Below, one piece after another: positions 12,135-22,408 of a stretch of 64,000 bases of DNA. Below the pieces are notes generated by a model that had not been told where the DNA came from, searched no databases, and saw nothing but the letters and a program-made list of their open reading frames with translations. Origin of the DNA: Camelus dromedarius (Eukaryota); the NCBI RefSeq assembly GCF_036321535.1, contig NC_087436.1:28460001-28524000 (forward strand). The letters are read 5' to 3'. Made by a program: the position numbers and the translations under genes. Within the stretch, counting starts at the first letter, position 1; each line of letters starts with the position of its first letter.

Positions 12135-13025
12135 AAGTGTTTCCTCTACACTCCAGACCCACATACCCAATTGCTCATATGAGACCTCTTCTTAGGTATC
12201 TCACAGACATCTCAGACTTAACAGGTCCAAAGCTGAATCTTTGATTTATTATGGCTTCAGTAGATTCTCCTCCATCAGTTTCACTTTCTCACTAAATGAC
12301 ACCACTAGGTATTCAGCGGCTCAAGTCAGAAGCTATATATATCTTTGATTCTTTCTCGTTCCTCACCTCCTACGTGTAAGAGAACAGCAAGCACTGTTGA
12401 TTAGCTCTTCAAAATGTGTGCCCATTCTCTCCACGGTGAAGATGTCCCCATTTCACCACTTGCAGGCCTTATGTCTCATGCATCTGTCAGTCAGTTCTGC
12501 ACTCTCCAGGGAGTGTAAGCAAAAGAGAAAAATCAGATCACACCACTTGGTTAATTCCTTCATATACCTCCTACTTCAGTGTTAATAAAATCCAACTTTT
12601 TTGTTTCAACCTAGCCTATCTCCTGAACTCATCTGTTGCCAGTCAGGTCATCAGAGACTTTCATATCCTCCTTCTTCTTCAGGGATTTTTTTTTTTTTTT
12701 TTTTTTGCCTTTTACAACTCTGATTTTTACTCCTTAGTTATCCTTAACTTCATATTTCAGCGGAGTCACCTTCTGTGAGAAGTCATTCCTAAAATTCTAC
12801 CAAAATTAGATTTCTACTTCCAAAAAGAAAAGTAAAAGTAGCATGTGTCATGGTTCCTTTTTGTTGTTTTTTTTTTAACTAAGCACATCATAATAATGAT
12901 TTTGGGTTCATTTGTTTATTTACTTATTTCTTGGGAAATAATCTAGCTTGTTAACCAACTTATCTTTACTGCTGAGAACTTGAATGTCACAGTCAGTATT
13001 AATTTTTGAATGAGTGGATGGATGC
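12135..13025 (+). mobile_element. LINE2 (L2) 3' portion
   Basis: ctccagacccacatacccaattgct...gacatctcagacttaacaggtccaaagctgaa...ctcaagtcagaa; ends ttttgaatgagtggatggatg. Confidence 0.8.
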
Positions 13026-13479
13026 GTGTAGAGGAATGTTCCTGGAATACCAGGAGGACAAAAAAGCAGATGGAATAAAATACATAAAATGTTATGTGGC
13101 ACACTGAGAATAAAGAACAAGTGACGGATGTTTAATATAGAGATAGGACAGAGAGACTTTAATAATGGAAATTTGAAGTGGAGCTAGATTGTGAAAGCCA
13201 TTGTGTTTTATGTTTTGAAAGCGGGAAGTCATCTTGTAAGAAAGCACATTATTAAAATAACTGATGCCAGCTTGGGGAATATGTTGGAAAAAGCTAAAAG
13301 TCTTCACACAGTCCATATAGGTGGCTATTAGAATTGTTCAGATAGCTAATGATATGTATTACTGAATAAATAAAAAAGTAGAAAACTCCAGTTGAAGTTT
13401 CAGAGTATGACCATGTTATTCATTCATTCACTAACTCATGGAGATATCGGCTTAGATACTTTTCGTCTTAAGAACTGCC

Positions 13480-13800
13480 ATAAATCTAGGTAGGTTCAAG
13501 ACATGGATGACCCGTTCAAACCCTGGCCTCTCAGCTCTTTGACTTCCTTATCATCAGTGAGTTTTCCTTTTGCAGCATCTGCGATCAACTCACTTTAAAG
13601 TGTACCAGCTCTGACGTCAGACACTCTCAGATCCCAGCAGACTATTTTCTATAAAAATCCCAATATCACCTGTCTTCTACTTCTTGGAAACATCAAGTCT
13701 ATTATGGGCTTTTTCAAACATTAAGTCTCTGTGGGCTTTTTCCACCTATTAGACATTTTTTTGTCTTCAATTTTGTCATAGGACACACTTGAACAGTTCT
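13480..13800 (+). mobile_element. L2 internal fragment
   Basis: catggatgacccgttcaaaccctggcctctcagctctttgacttcctt resembles the L2 ORF2 region. Confidence 0.5.
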
Positions 13801-15214
13801 CACATGGAGTTTAATATCACTTGACATAAACATGTAATTATTTTTCTCATTCAAATGAAGTTGACTGGCTGTGATTATTGTCAATTGTTTTTAAGCAAAA
13901 TCAACCAAAATACATGAGTTTCTTTGCTGAGAAAATCTATGGGAAACATCTAAGTTCTTTTAATCTTAGTGCCTAAACTCTTGCTTTTACAAATTGTGCT
14001 GCCTCATTTTTTAAGTTGCTGTAAATATAGGAAAAATACACCTTAGTGTTCTAAGGAAGTAAAAAAAAAATTGACAGGATATCATCATGAGGTCGCATTT
14101 TATACTCTGAGGGAACTATAAAATGGATGTGAACACTTAGCTTCTTCTTGGTTCCGAGTCTAAATAGTTCACACAGAATTAGCTGAAAAGTTCAGGAAGA
14201 GAGCTATTACATGACCAAATGGTTGACAGATTCACGATATTGCTGGGGCCTAGAAACATTGAAAAGCTTGGAAAATCCCATCTTTATGGAAAGTGTTGAA
14301 ACCAGTGAGAATAGCACCTTGGCATTACAGAACCACGGGAGCAAAGGAAGCCTGAAGACATCTGTGTAATTTGTGTCATTCATTGCTCTCAAATTCCATA
14401 TTCATTTCAGGCAAAAGGGAGGCAAACATATTTTTTTCAGAGGGAAATGGTGTCTAATTTTTCAGGTCCTACAACCATGTTCTATTGAATTATGTTTGTA
14501 TTAAGCTGTCCATTATTTCATTATTTTGTCAGTGTGTTCAATTCTTGTATCCATTAATCCATTTGTCATGCCAATGTGGCTAAAACCTAAATTCTAGAGG
14601 ACTTCCTAGTTCTACTTATTTACACTTGTGTCTGGGTTGCCAAGGGTTACTAAAGATCATCACTTAATTAGGGAGTTATAAAGTTATTTTCATTGTTTTT
14701 AATAGGGACAACTAAACTGCTCAGAAATTCCACAATATTTCTCTAAATTGGTTTATTCTCTGGTTCTCTGTACTATTTTAAAATATTTACTCTTTTCAAG
14801 TTTCTGACCCAACCACCTTGCCCTTATTCTTTGCAAATTATTGTGCTTTCTAATTTACAGAGAAAAATTTAAAAGCATCCATTTTAAACCAGCTTAACCT
14901 TAACCTCTTTATATATACATGTTTATATATTTAAGCTTTCTGCTGTAGTCTCTGAATTGGATATTTTTTAAAAATCAAAATGCATAAAAGAAAGGATTTG
15001 ACTATTTCTGATAGTTATTATAGTAAAGACCATCCTTGTGCAGCAGGTATTTTGTGGCTGTTCACCTTAGACATTACTTGCTTGTGTGTATGTGTGTGTG
15101 TATATATATACATGTATTCCATTCAGTTGCTGCAGTGAGAGAGATGGGTCACATAGCAGAGTATATGCTTCTTATGAGGTTTTATGGGGCGACTAGGTAC
15201 ATGAGTTGTGAAAA

Positions 15215-15360
15215 TGGATAAGAAGTATTCAAATGCCACTTTCCATAGTCGCTGTATAATATTAAGCAATTGACCTACTTCTTACAAGTTTCAGGTTTTG
15301 TAAATGGAGATTGTAGCCACTACCTATTCTTAATTCATGTAAAGTACCTTGTAAATGTGT
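15215..15360 (+). mobile_element. MIR SINE fragment
   Basis: ttcaaatgcc...aagcaattgac...gtttc...tgtaaatggagat...ctacct...catgtaaagtacct core pattern. Confidence 0.5.
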
Positions 15361-15727
15361 GACAAAGTTGGTCCTCACCATATTATAGAAATTTTCTCAA
15401 ATACTGTTATCCATGTGCATTTAGACTTCCTAGAAAGCTCAGCTCTAGGCAGAACAGTCTCTCCCAGAAGACAGGGTGGTGTAAGAGGCATAAGGAGCAA
15501 TCCTAGGAATCTAGTTAGTAGAATAATAAAAAGATCAAAGGATCTTAGTAACAATTGGGGTGTTTGGGGGTAGAGGATGGGGGAGTGATCAACATTGTCA
15601 AACTGCCCCAGGGCCAATTAGCATAGCTTGTCAAACAAATATTTCTACATAATCATGAATGATATCACATCCTATGAGAAGGTGAGTTAGGCTTCATGAA
15701 GGGATCATATTTAAATGATGTGTAAGA

Positions 15728-15847
15728 GGGCAGGGGTATAGTTCAATGATAGAGCACATGCTTAGCATGCATGAGGTCCTGGGTTCAATCCCTAGTACCT
15801 CCATTAAAAAAATGGTTATTGAAAAACAACAACAACAACAACAAAAA
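15728..15847 (+). mobile_element. tRNA-Ala(AGC)-derived camelid SINE (Vic-1 type) with A/(CAA)n tail
   Basis: ggggtatagttcaatgatagagcacatgcttAGCatgcatgaggtcctgggttcaatccctagtacctcca (15733-15803) follows tRNA-Ala-AGC with A and B boxes and CpG decay, followed by an A-rich tail. Confidence 0.9.
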
Positions 15848-16659
15848 TCTATGTGATGTGCATTATTCTTCCCAAAGCAGATCTAACCCATGTTAGGTAC
15901 ATCTCTATCAATTAATGTCGACCAAGTCATCCTCATCTTAATTTCTTGCTTTCCCTCCTTAATATAATATCTGATTAGGTTTAATTATATTTTAGAAATT
16001 AAGACTTTAATAATAAAGTACCCTGAGACTCTGTGTAAACACTAATCTTAAATTTCATAAATCCTACTTTTGGAATTTGATTGACCTACTTTCTTTTGGG
16101 GCTAGGCTGGGCTGATTTCTCCCAAGTCTTTAGTGTGAAACAAGGTCAGCTTCTAATTTGGACAAGCTAATACTCATCGAATTTAGATAATATCACTCCC
16201 CAAATTTGCCTTTCATTGTTATTTTCTTCCTGAGTGTGGTTTGTCTTCTAATAAGATAAAAAATGGGGGAACTGGTGATTCAAATCAGTGTTTGCCACCA
16301 TAAATATTTTTAAAGATAATTTCCAGATTTTTCTTTGATATGAATTTATAATCTCCTGATTAATTTCTTCAGCATGAAGAAAACATTGTACATTTGTTTA
16401 TAAACAGATTGAAGCATAAGGAAAATATTGTTAGAGAAACTTTTATTCCATACCTAATAGTAAGAACAGTAGTATTTCTTTATTAGGAAAAAAGATATAT
16501 TTTATCTTTTTTTTTCATTTTCCAAGGTATAATATTTATGTTTACTGACCAGAATGAGAAGATTTTATACTCATTTATATCTGAAGCAATATTAAGACTT
16601 AATATAAAGTATTTGAAATTAGCACACACTTTCCTTATTTAAAAAATGTGTGAAATACA

Positions 16660-16900
16660 TTTTTACCATAATTGATACCTTTGGCATTTGTTGAGATCTG
16701 CTTTGTGATCCAACACATGGTCAATAATGGGAAGTGTTTTATATTATTGTAATATTATTGTTGGCATGTATTTTTAAATCTTTCTTTAACTCTCATTGTA
16801 TTATTATTTCTTTATAGAGTACATATTAATTTAGATGTACCCATGTATTTACCTCTCCCATTTCTCCTCAGCATATGGTGTCCTTGCTTGCCCTATCTTG
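16660..16900 (-). mobile_element. Ancient L1 ORF2 fragment
   Basis: tttggcatttgttgagatctgctttgtgatccaacacatggtcaat is the antisense of an L1 endonuclease-region motif. Confidence 0.55.
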
Positions 16901-17004
16901 CTGCTCTCTTTTATGTTGATAGCACTGTATTAAAAAATTAAAAGGAGAACTAAGGGTTCAAGAAGAGATGCGATTCAAGAGAGTGCTGTTAATAATGAAC
17001 TTTT

Positions 17005-17340
17005 TCCTTGTCAGACCCTGGAATTTAAATGTTGGTCCCTCAATCCAGGGTGGATATTAAAAGTTCTGCTTAGCTTCTTAGAGTTCCTCACACAGCTTTC
17101 TTTTCACTATGACAACAGACAAATGTCTCTAGTTGAAAGTCACCCTTATAGCTAAGCTCACCTCTCTGGACTTTTCTCCCTCCCTGGGCTTCAGATACAT
17201 AAATCCTCACAACCTCAGTTATTCTCTCAAGTATTCAGAGTTTTCAGTAAGACATTTGAAATATTTTGTCCAGCTTGCCTAGTTGTTGAATGAAAGAAGA
17301 TTGGTTTGAACCACCTACAGAACCATTTCCAAAAGTGAAA
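17005..17340 (-). mobile_element. L1M/L1ME 5' end fragment
   Basis: Minus strand reads cacttttggaaatgg...aaccaatctt...acaactaggcaagctggacaaaatatttc, resembling old L1 5' UTR starts. Confidence 0.6.
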
Positions 17341-17689
17341 ACACAAGAGATAAATTCTAAGCCTGAACCAATTAACATTGTTGTGGTATGCCTTTTTTTT
17401 TTTTTCTAATTATATATCATCTGTGGATACATACTGACTTTGTAGAATGATTTGGCTTTACCATTAATTTTATTCTTACCTTTTGGCGTTTTTTGATGAA
17501 AGTTTTAAGAACTATGTTTTCACATACAAAGTTAGGTAATATTGGTTAGAATTTTGTTACAGTGATGTCATTCAATTATTTTTATAACAAAGAGTTTTAT
17601 GGTCAAAATAACATAGTAAAATGTTATAAAATTTTTCATGATTTACTGTCAACTTAATGAAATTTTAATCAATTTTTTTGAAATACCCT

Positions 17690-17788
17690 ATATACTAACT
17701 ACTGTATATAAAATAGATAAACAAGTTTATACTGTATAACACAGGGAACTATATTCAATATCTTACAGTAACCTATATAATGAAAATA
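17690..17788 (+). mobile_element. Short L1 3' UTR fragment (same family as 38116-38826)
   Basis: atactaactactgtatataaaatagataaacaagtttatactgtataacacagggaactatattcaatatc nearly matches 38579-38660. Confidence 0.85.
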
Positions 17789-17799
17789 GATTTTGATTT

Positions 17800-18950
17800 A
17801 ACAATGGTTTATGATGTGCCTTTGGAGTAAACCTTTGGCATTCATTGATCTGCTAATTCTGTAAGTTCTTTGGCATAAAAATGCATCTTGGAGTCCCAGG
17901 AAATTTTCTTGAATTATTTCTTTGATCATTTCTTTCTTCTACTTTTGTCATTTCTTTCTTTAGACTTCATTGGCAATTAGAATTATTTTTTTAAATTATT
18001 TTATTTTCTTGTCTTTTCTTTCTCTCTTTTTAAATCTCTTCTTCATTTGTTTTATGTTTCTGGTGACTTTCTGTATTTTCTCTTTGAACTGTCCTATTGG
18101 ATTTTGTTAAAATTCCTGACCATATTTTTTTATTTCCATGAACTCTTTCTAGTTCTGATTGTTTTTAATTTATGGTGTCTTTTTTATATATCATGGATGC
18201 AACAAATTATATTAACTCTTCTAAGATAGTAGTGTTTATATAGGTACACATAAATATACACAAATATTCTCTTTTTGGTAATAATTGTATTATAAATATA
18301 TACACACATATATATTCCTGCTCTCTGAATTATTTCTGTTTTTTGATTGTTGTTTTTCTCTTCCTTTCATCTTTGACTTTTATGGTAAAAGACTTTATTC
18401 ATCTTTCGTGTGAATATACTTTTATAGCATGAACAAGGCTAGATATAAATGGGGCTTCCATTTAGGCAATCTGGTGGAAATATGATAATTTTTTGTGTAA
18501 ATCATGAAATACTGTTCTAAATTGGAGACTGGTAATTGCTTGGATATTTGGGGAGAGAGTAGGAATTCTAGAATAGATTACTTTCAACTTCTAACTATCT
18601 CATTTTCAACCATCCTAATTACTCCTTTCTCTTGATGTATTTGTTTACTCCAGTAACTGAGTCTTTGTGACTTTTCACAAAACAGTTCAGCTTGATTTTT
18701 TCTGTTTTTTCCCTTAGCATTTAGGTTTCAACATTCCCTATTCTGCTGAATTACTTACTATTATAAACTACTTACTCTTCTGTAATTTCACTGACATTTC
18801 TTATCTTCTGTCATCCTTGCTCCTGTTCTCTTTGTCTTTTTTGGTTTATAAAATTGTATGCCTTTACTGCCAATATGCTGGAGTTTCATAAAGGAAAAAA
18901 AGTAAATATACTTCTCAATTCAATATATTTGTTTATCAGGAGAATTACAG
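17800..18950 (-). mobile_element. L1ME/HAL1-type 5' UTR-ORF1 remnant
   Basis: T-rich antisense ORF1 text (ggaaattttcttgaattatttctttgat..., tttccatgaactctttct) ending ctttactgcc...ggagtttc...agtaaat...ttcaat. Confidence 0.6.
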
Positions 18951-19167
18951 TTGATATCAAGATCAAAGGTATTTATCTGCTATTGATATGAAGAGTAAAC
19001 ATTTCATTTTTCAGAATATAAAGAAGTAAATTTTAAGTCTAAATGAATAAGTCTATCCTGACTTCACAGAATTTCATATTACCAAACTCCCTAAATGATG
19101 CTCTGTAATATAAAGAGATGGAGAAATAGACTATGCAGTTATTTCCATGTTTGTGTCAGTAACTCAA

Positions 19168-19191
19168 ATGTGTGTGTGTGTGTGTATGTGT
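19168..19191. repeat. (TG)n microsatellite
   Basis: Directly visible. Confidence 0.85.
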
Positions 19192-19449
19192 ATTTCCTGC
19201 CTTCAACATCTGTAAAGCTCAAGGTATACCTTTTTTTTAATGTATTGAAATATGACAAATGTCTTTTGAAGCAGAGATCCTAGTTTATCATAAGGAGTGC
19301 TTATTAATTTTTTAGTATGTATTTGCAAAACTATGTTTAGAGAATATAAAAGTAAAAGGATAAGCTTTTCTATTTCTTCACAGATTTTGGGAAGATAGCA
19401 AATCTCTTGCTTGCTGTTTTTCTGAATTCAGTTCATTGCTGTCTTCAAA

Positions 19450-19650
19450 GTTTTGTATTTTGTCTTCCTTTTCTCACTCTAAATTTTTTTCTTAACAACC
19501 TCAGTCATTTTCACAATTGACCAATTACCAACATGCAAATAGCTTTCAAATTAAAATTTCCAGTCTGGTTCCATTCTCTAAGCAGCATAATTACATACCT
19601 ATTCCTTACTAGATATTTGGATCCTAGTATTTGTCATCACCTCCAGTTAT
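19450..19650 (+). mobile_element. L2 fragment
   Basis: attaccaacatgcaaatagctttcaaatt...tccagtctgg...cctattccttactagatat pattern. Confidence 0.5.
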
Positions 19651-19764
19651 ATTAGAAAATACTGTTTTTGTCACAAGTTGGATGTTTTTAAATAATGGGA
19701 TAGTATTTTCCTGTGTCTTATAAAATATCTTGAATTTACTCCCCAAAAAGAAAACTCAGTTTTT

Positions 19765-20621
19765 TGGCTTCCTGGAAGATAGAGTAGACATACTTTTCCC
19801 AATTCCTCTCAATGAGTATAACCAAGGAAGGTATAGCTAAACAAGTGTAATCCTGATATAAAACAAACATTAGAAGACTCTAAAAGTTAGAGGGAGGACA
19901 GATAGCTAGAGACTTTGGAATACAATAACAAAGGACTTCCCTAGGTTTTATTTTTGCTTTATATATATCCCAGACTTGAAGCTAAAGAAGGCAACAACCC
20001 CAAAATGCAAGCAGGTACAGGTAAAAAGATATTAAACAGAAGCCTCTCTCTATAGCCAAATGATCATGAAAGGAGTATCCTAGCAAAACAAAAACTTGTA
20101 GATTATAACCACTACAATCCAGAAAAACACAACAGAAAACATTAGGGCACAACTGACCCATGCTAGCAAAGGCCCAGTTGGAAGGGTAGACATCCAATGT
20201 TGCTAAGTTGTAACAAATCACTCTTAATGCCCTAAGGTGGTTTCAGAGAAGGCTGAGTAAGGAGGCTGGACTTTCATCAAAAACCAGCAGAGATAAGGCA
20301 GTTTTCTCCCTTACCACTGGGGTGACAAAAGAGGGTTGGGGGAGGCCGAATGAATAGAGAGCACTTTCATCATAACCCAATAATAAAGAGGCCATCACCA
20401 TCTCTTCCCCATGGTGTCAGTGGAAGTCATGTGAGGAAGGGTAGCAAGACTCCTACTCCTCATCAGAGAACTATCAATGAATGCTTAGTGGGGTTCAGCA
20501 CTATCACCGCTACCTAGTACTGAAAAGGAGCCCACACCTTAAGCTGTCAAAAGGGGCAGATGAGGAAGGCAGAGTTTTACACCATATGGCATTGAGGAGG
20601 TGGTACCACTCCCCACCCTCC
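19765..20621 (+). mobile_element. L1MC/L1M4-type 5' UTR
   Basis: gcttcctggaagatagagtagacatacttttcccaattcctc...aaacaaacattagaagactctaaaag...ttccctaggtttt matches old L1 5' ends. Confidence 0.7.
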
Positions 20622-21267
20622 TGAAGACACCAACCATGTGATTAGAGATTTGGAAACTTCAGTCCTATACCCCCGACCTTAGGAGAGAAGAGAAGCTACA
20701 TATTAAGTTCAGTCACCAAAGGCCAATGATTTAATCAATCTTGCATATGTAATGAAACCTTCATTAAAATTCTGAACAAAAGACTTAGGAGGGCTTCTGT
20801 GTTGGTGACCATATGGAAGTGCTGGGAGGATGGTGTATCTGGATAGGTCATGAACATTCTGCACTCCTTCCCACATACCTTGTCCTATTCATCTCTTCCA
20901 TTTGGCTGTTCCTGAATTATATCCTTTATAATAAACCAGTAGTGGGAATTTAAGTGCTTTCTTGAGTTCTGTGAGTCCTAACAAATTATCAAACCCAAGA
21001 AGAGAGTCATGGGAGCACCCAATTTATAGCCAGTCAGTTAGAAGTACCTGAATAACTTGGCTATAAATTGGCATCTGAAGTAGGGGCCAGTCTTGTGGGA
21101 CTGAGCATTAACCTGTGGGATCTGCACTAATCTCAGCAAATACTGTCAGAATTGAGTTAAATTGTAGGATACTAGTCAGTTTCCATCAAGAGGACAATTG
21201 CTTGGCGTGGAAAAAACCACATATCTGATGTCAGAAGTAGAGTGAGTATAAAAAAAAACACAGGTTT
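20622..21267 (+). mobile_element. MER21-family ERVL LTR, 5'-truncated
   Basis: accaaccatgtgattagag, ggccaatgatttaatcaatc..tatgtaatgaaacc, catctcttccatttggctgttcctga, aataaacc, ggcatctgaagtaggg..cagtcttgtgggactgagc hallmarks. Confidence 0.88.
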
Positions 21268-22027
21268 AACATATTTTCTATCAAAATCACAAAATAGTTT
21301 GTAGATACAAACAAGATTATTCTAATATTTATATAGAAAGGCAAAGTATCTTCAATCACTAAAACAATTTTAAATAAAAAAGAATACAAATGGAATAATT
21401 GGGTACTGAAGACTGTAATATTGATATAGATACTGTGTAGTATTTGACAGATAAACACATAGATCAATGAAACAGACCAGAGTACCTCAAAAAGGCCCAC
21501 ACAAATATGCCTAAGTGATTTTTGCAAAGACATAAAAACAATTCAGTGAGGGTATGATAACTTTGTCAGCAAGTGGTGCTAGAACAAATTGGACGTCATC
21601 TATGGATAAAAAGAGGAAGCTCAACCTAAGTCTCATATGTTATGCAAAAAGTAACTAAAAATGGATTACAGACTTACATAGGAAATTCAAAGTTATAAAA
21701 CTTCTAGGGAAAATGTGGGGAAGATCTTCAGAAGTAAGGCTTATGCAAAGAGTACTTAGATGACACTAAAAACATGGCCCATACAAGGAAAAACAAATTA
21801 GACTACATTAATATTAAACTTTTCTTTGCAAAACACTCTGTTAAGAGAATGAAAAGACAAGCTATAGACTAGGAGAAAATATTGCAGACCACATGTGTGA
21901 CAAGCACTAGTATCTGGAGTATATAAAGAACTCTCAAAACTCAACATGAAAAATAGCACCAATCCAATTAGAAAATGGGCAAAGCACATGAAGAAACATT
22001 TTATAAAGAATAAATATGGATAGGTTG
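21268..22027 (+). mobile_element. L1MC-type ORF2 3' region
   Basis: cacatagatcaatgaaacaga, tgatttttgcaaaga, aaatggattacagactta, gaatgaaaagacaagctatagactaggagaaaatattgca, aatccaattagaaaatgggcaaa. Confidence 0.88.
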
Positions 22028-22364
22028 TGTATTAGTCTGCCAGGGCTGCGTAACGTAAAAATTATTGCCCCGCATTTCTGAAGGCTAGAAGTCTAAGATC
22101 AAGGGGCTGTCAGGGTTTGTTTCTGGTGAGGACTCTCTTGCTGGCTTGTAGATGGACGTCTTACCCCTGTGTCCTTCCTCTGTGTGCTTGCAGAGAGAGC
22201 GAGAATTCTCTTGTGTCTCTTCCCCTTCTTACAATAAGGACTACAGTCTTATTAGATTAAGTCATCACTCTTGTGGTTTCATTTAACCTTTCTTACCTCA
22301 GATTTGGGGTTAGGGTTTCAACATACGAATTTGGAAGGGGGATACAATTCAGTACATGAGAGCA
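22028..22364 (-). mobile_element. MaLR solo LTR (MLT1A-like)
   Basis: tgtattagtc...ggctagaagtctaagatcaagg...ggtgaggactctctt...gggttagggtttcaacatacgaattt...attcagt..agca. Confidence 0.88.
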
Positions 22365-22408
22365 GGTAAGACCATGAATGATGTTCAACATTATTAGTCA
22401 ATAGAGCT
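22365..22408 (+). mobile_element. Continuation of the L1 ORF2 fragment
   Basis: taagaccatgaatgatgttcaacattattagtcaatag resumes the L1 text interrupted at 22027. Confidence 0.7.

Noticed and set aside
15733..15803. Functional tRNA-Ala gene
   Set aside because: D-arm and CpG mutations, SINE-type 5' leader and A-rich tail indicate a SINE.
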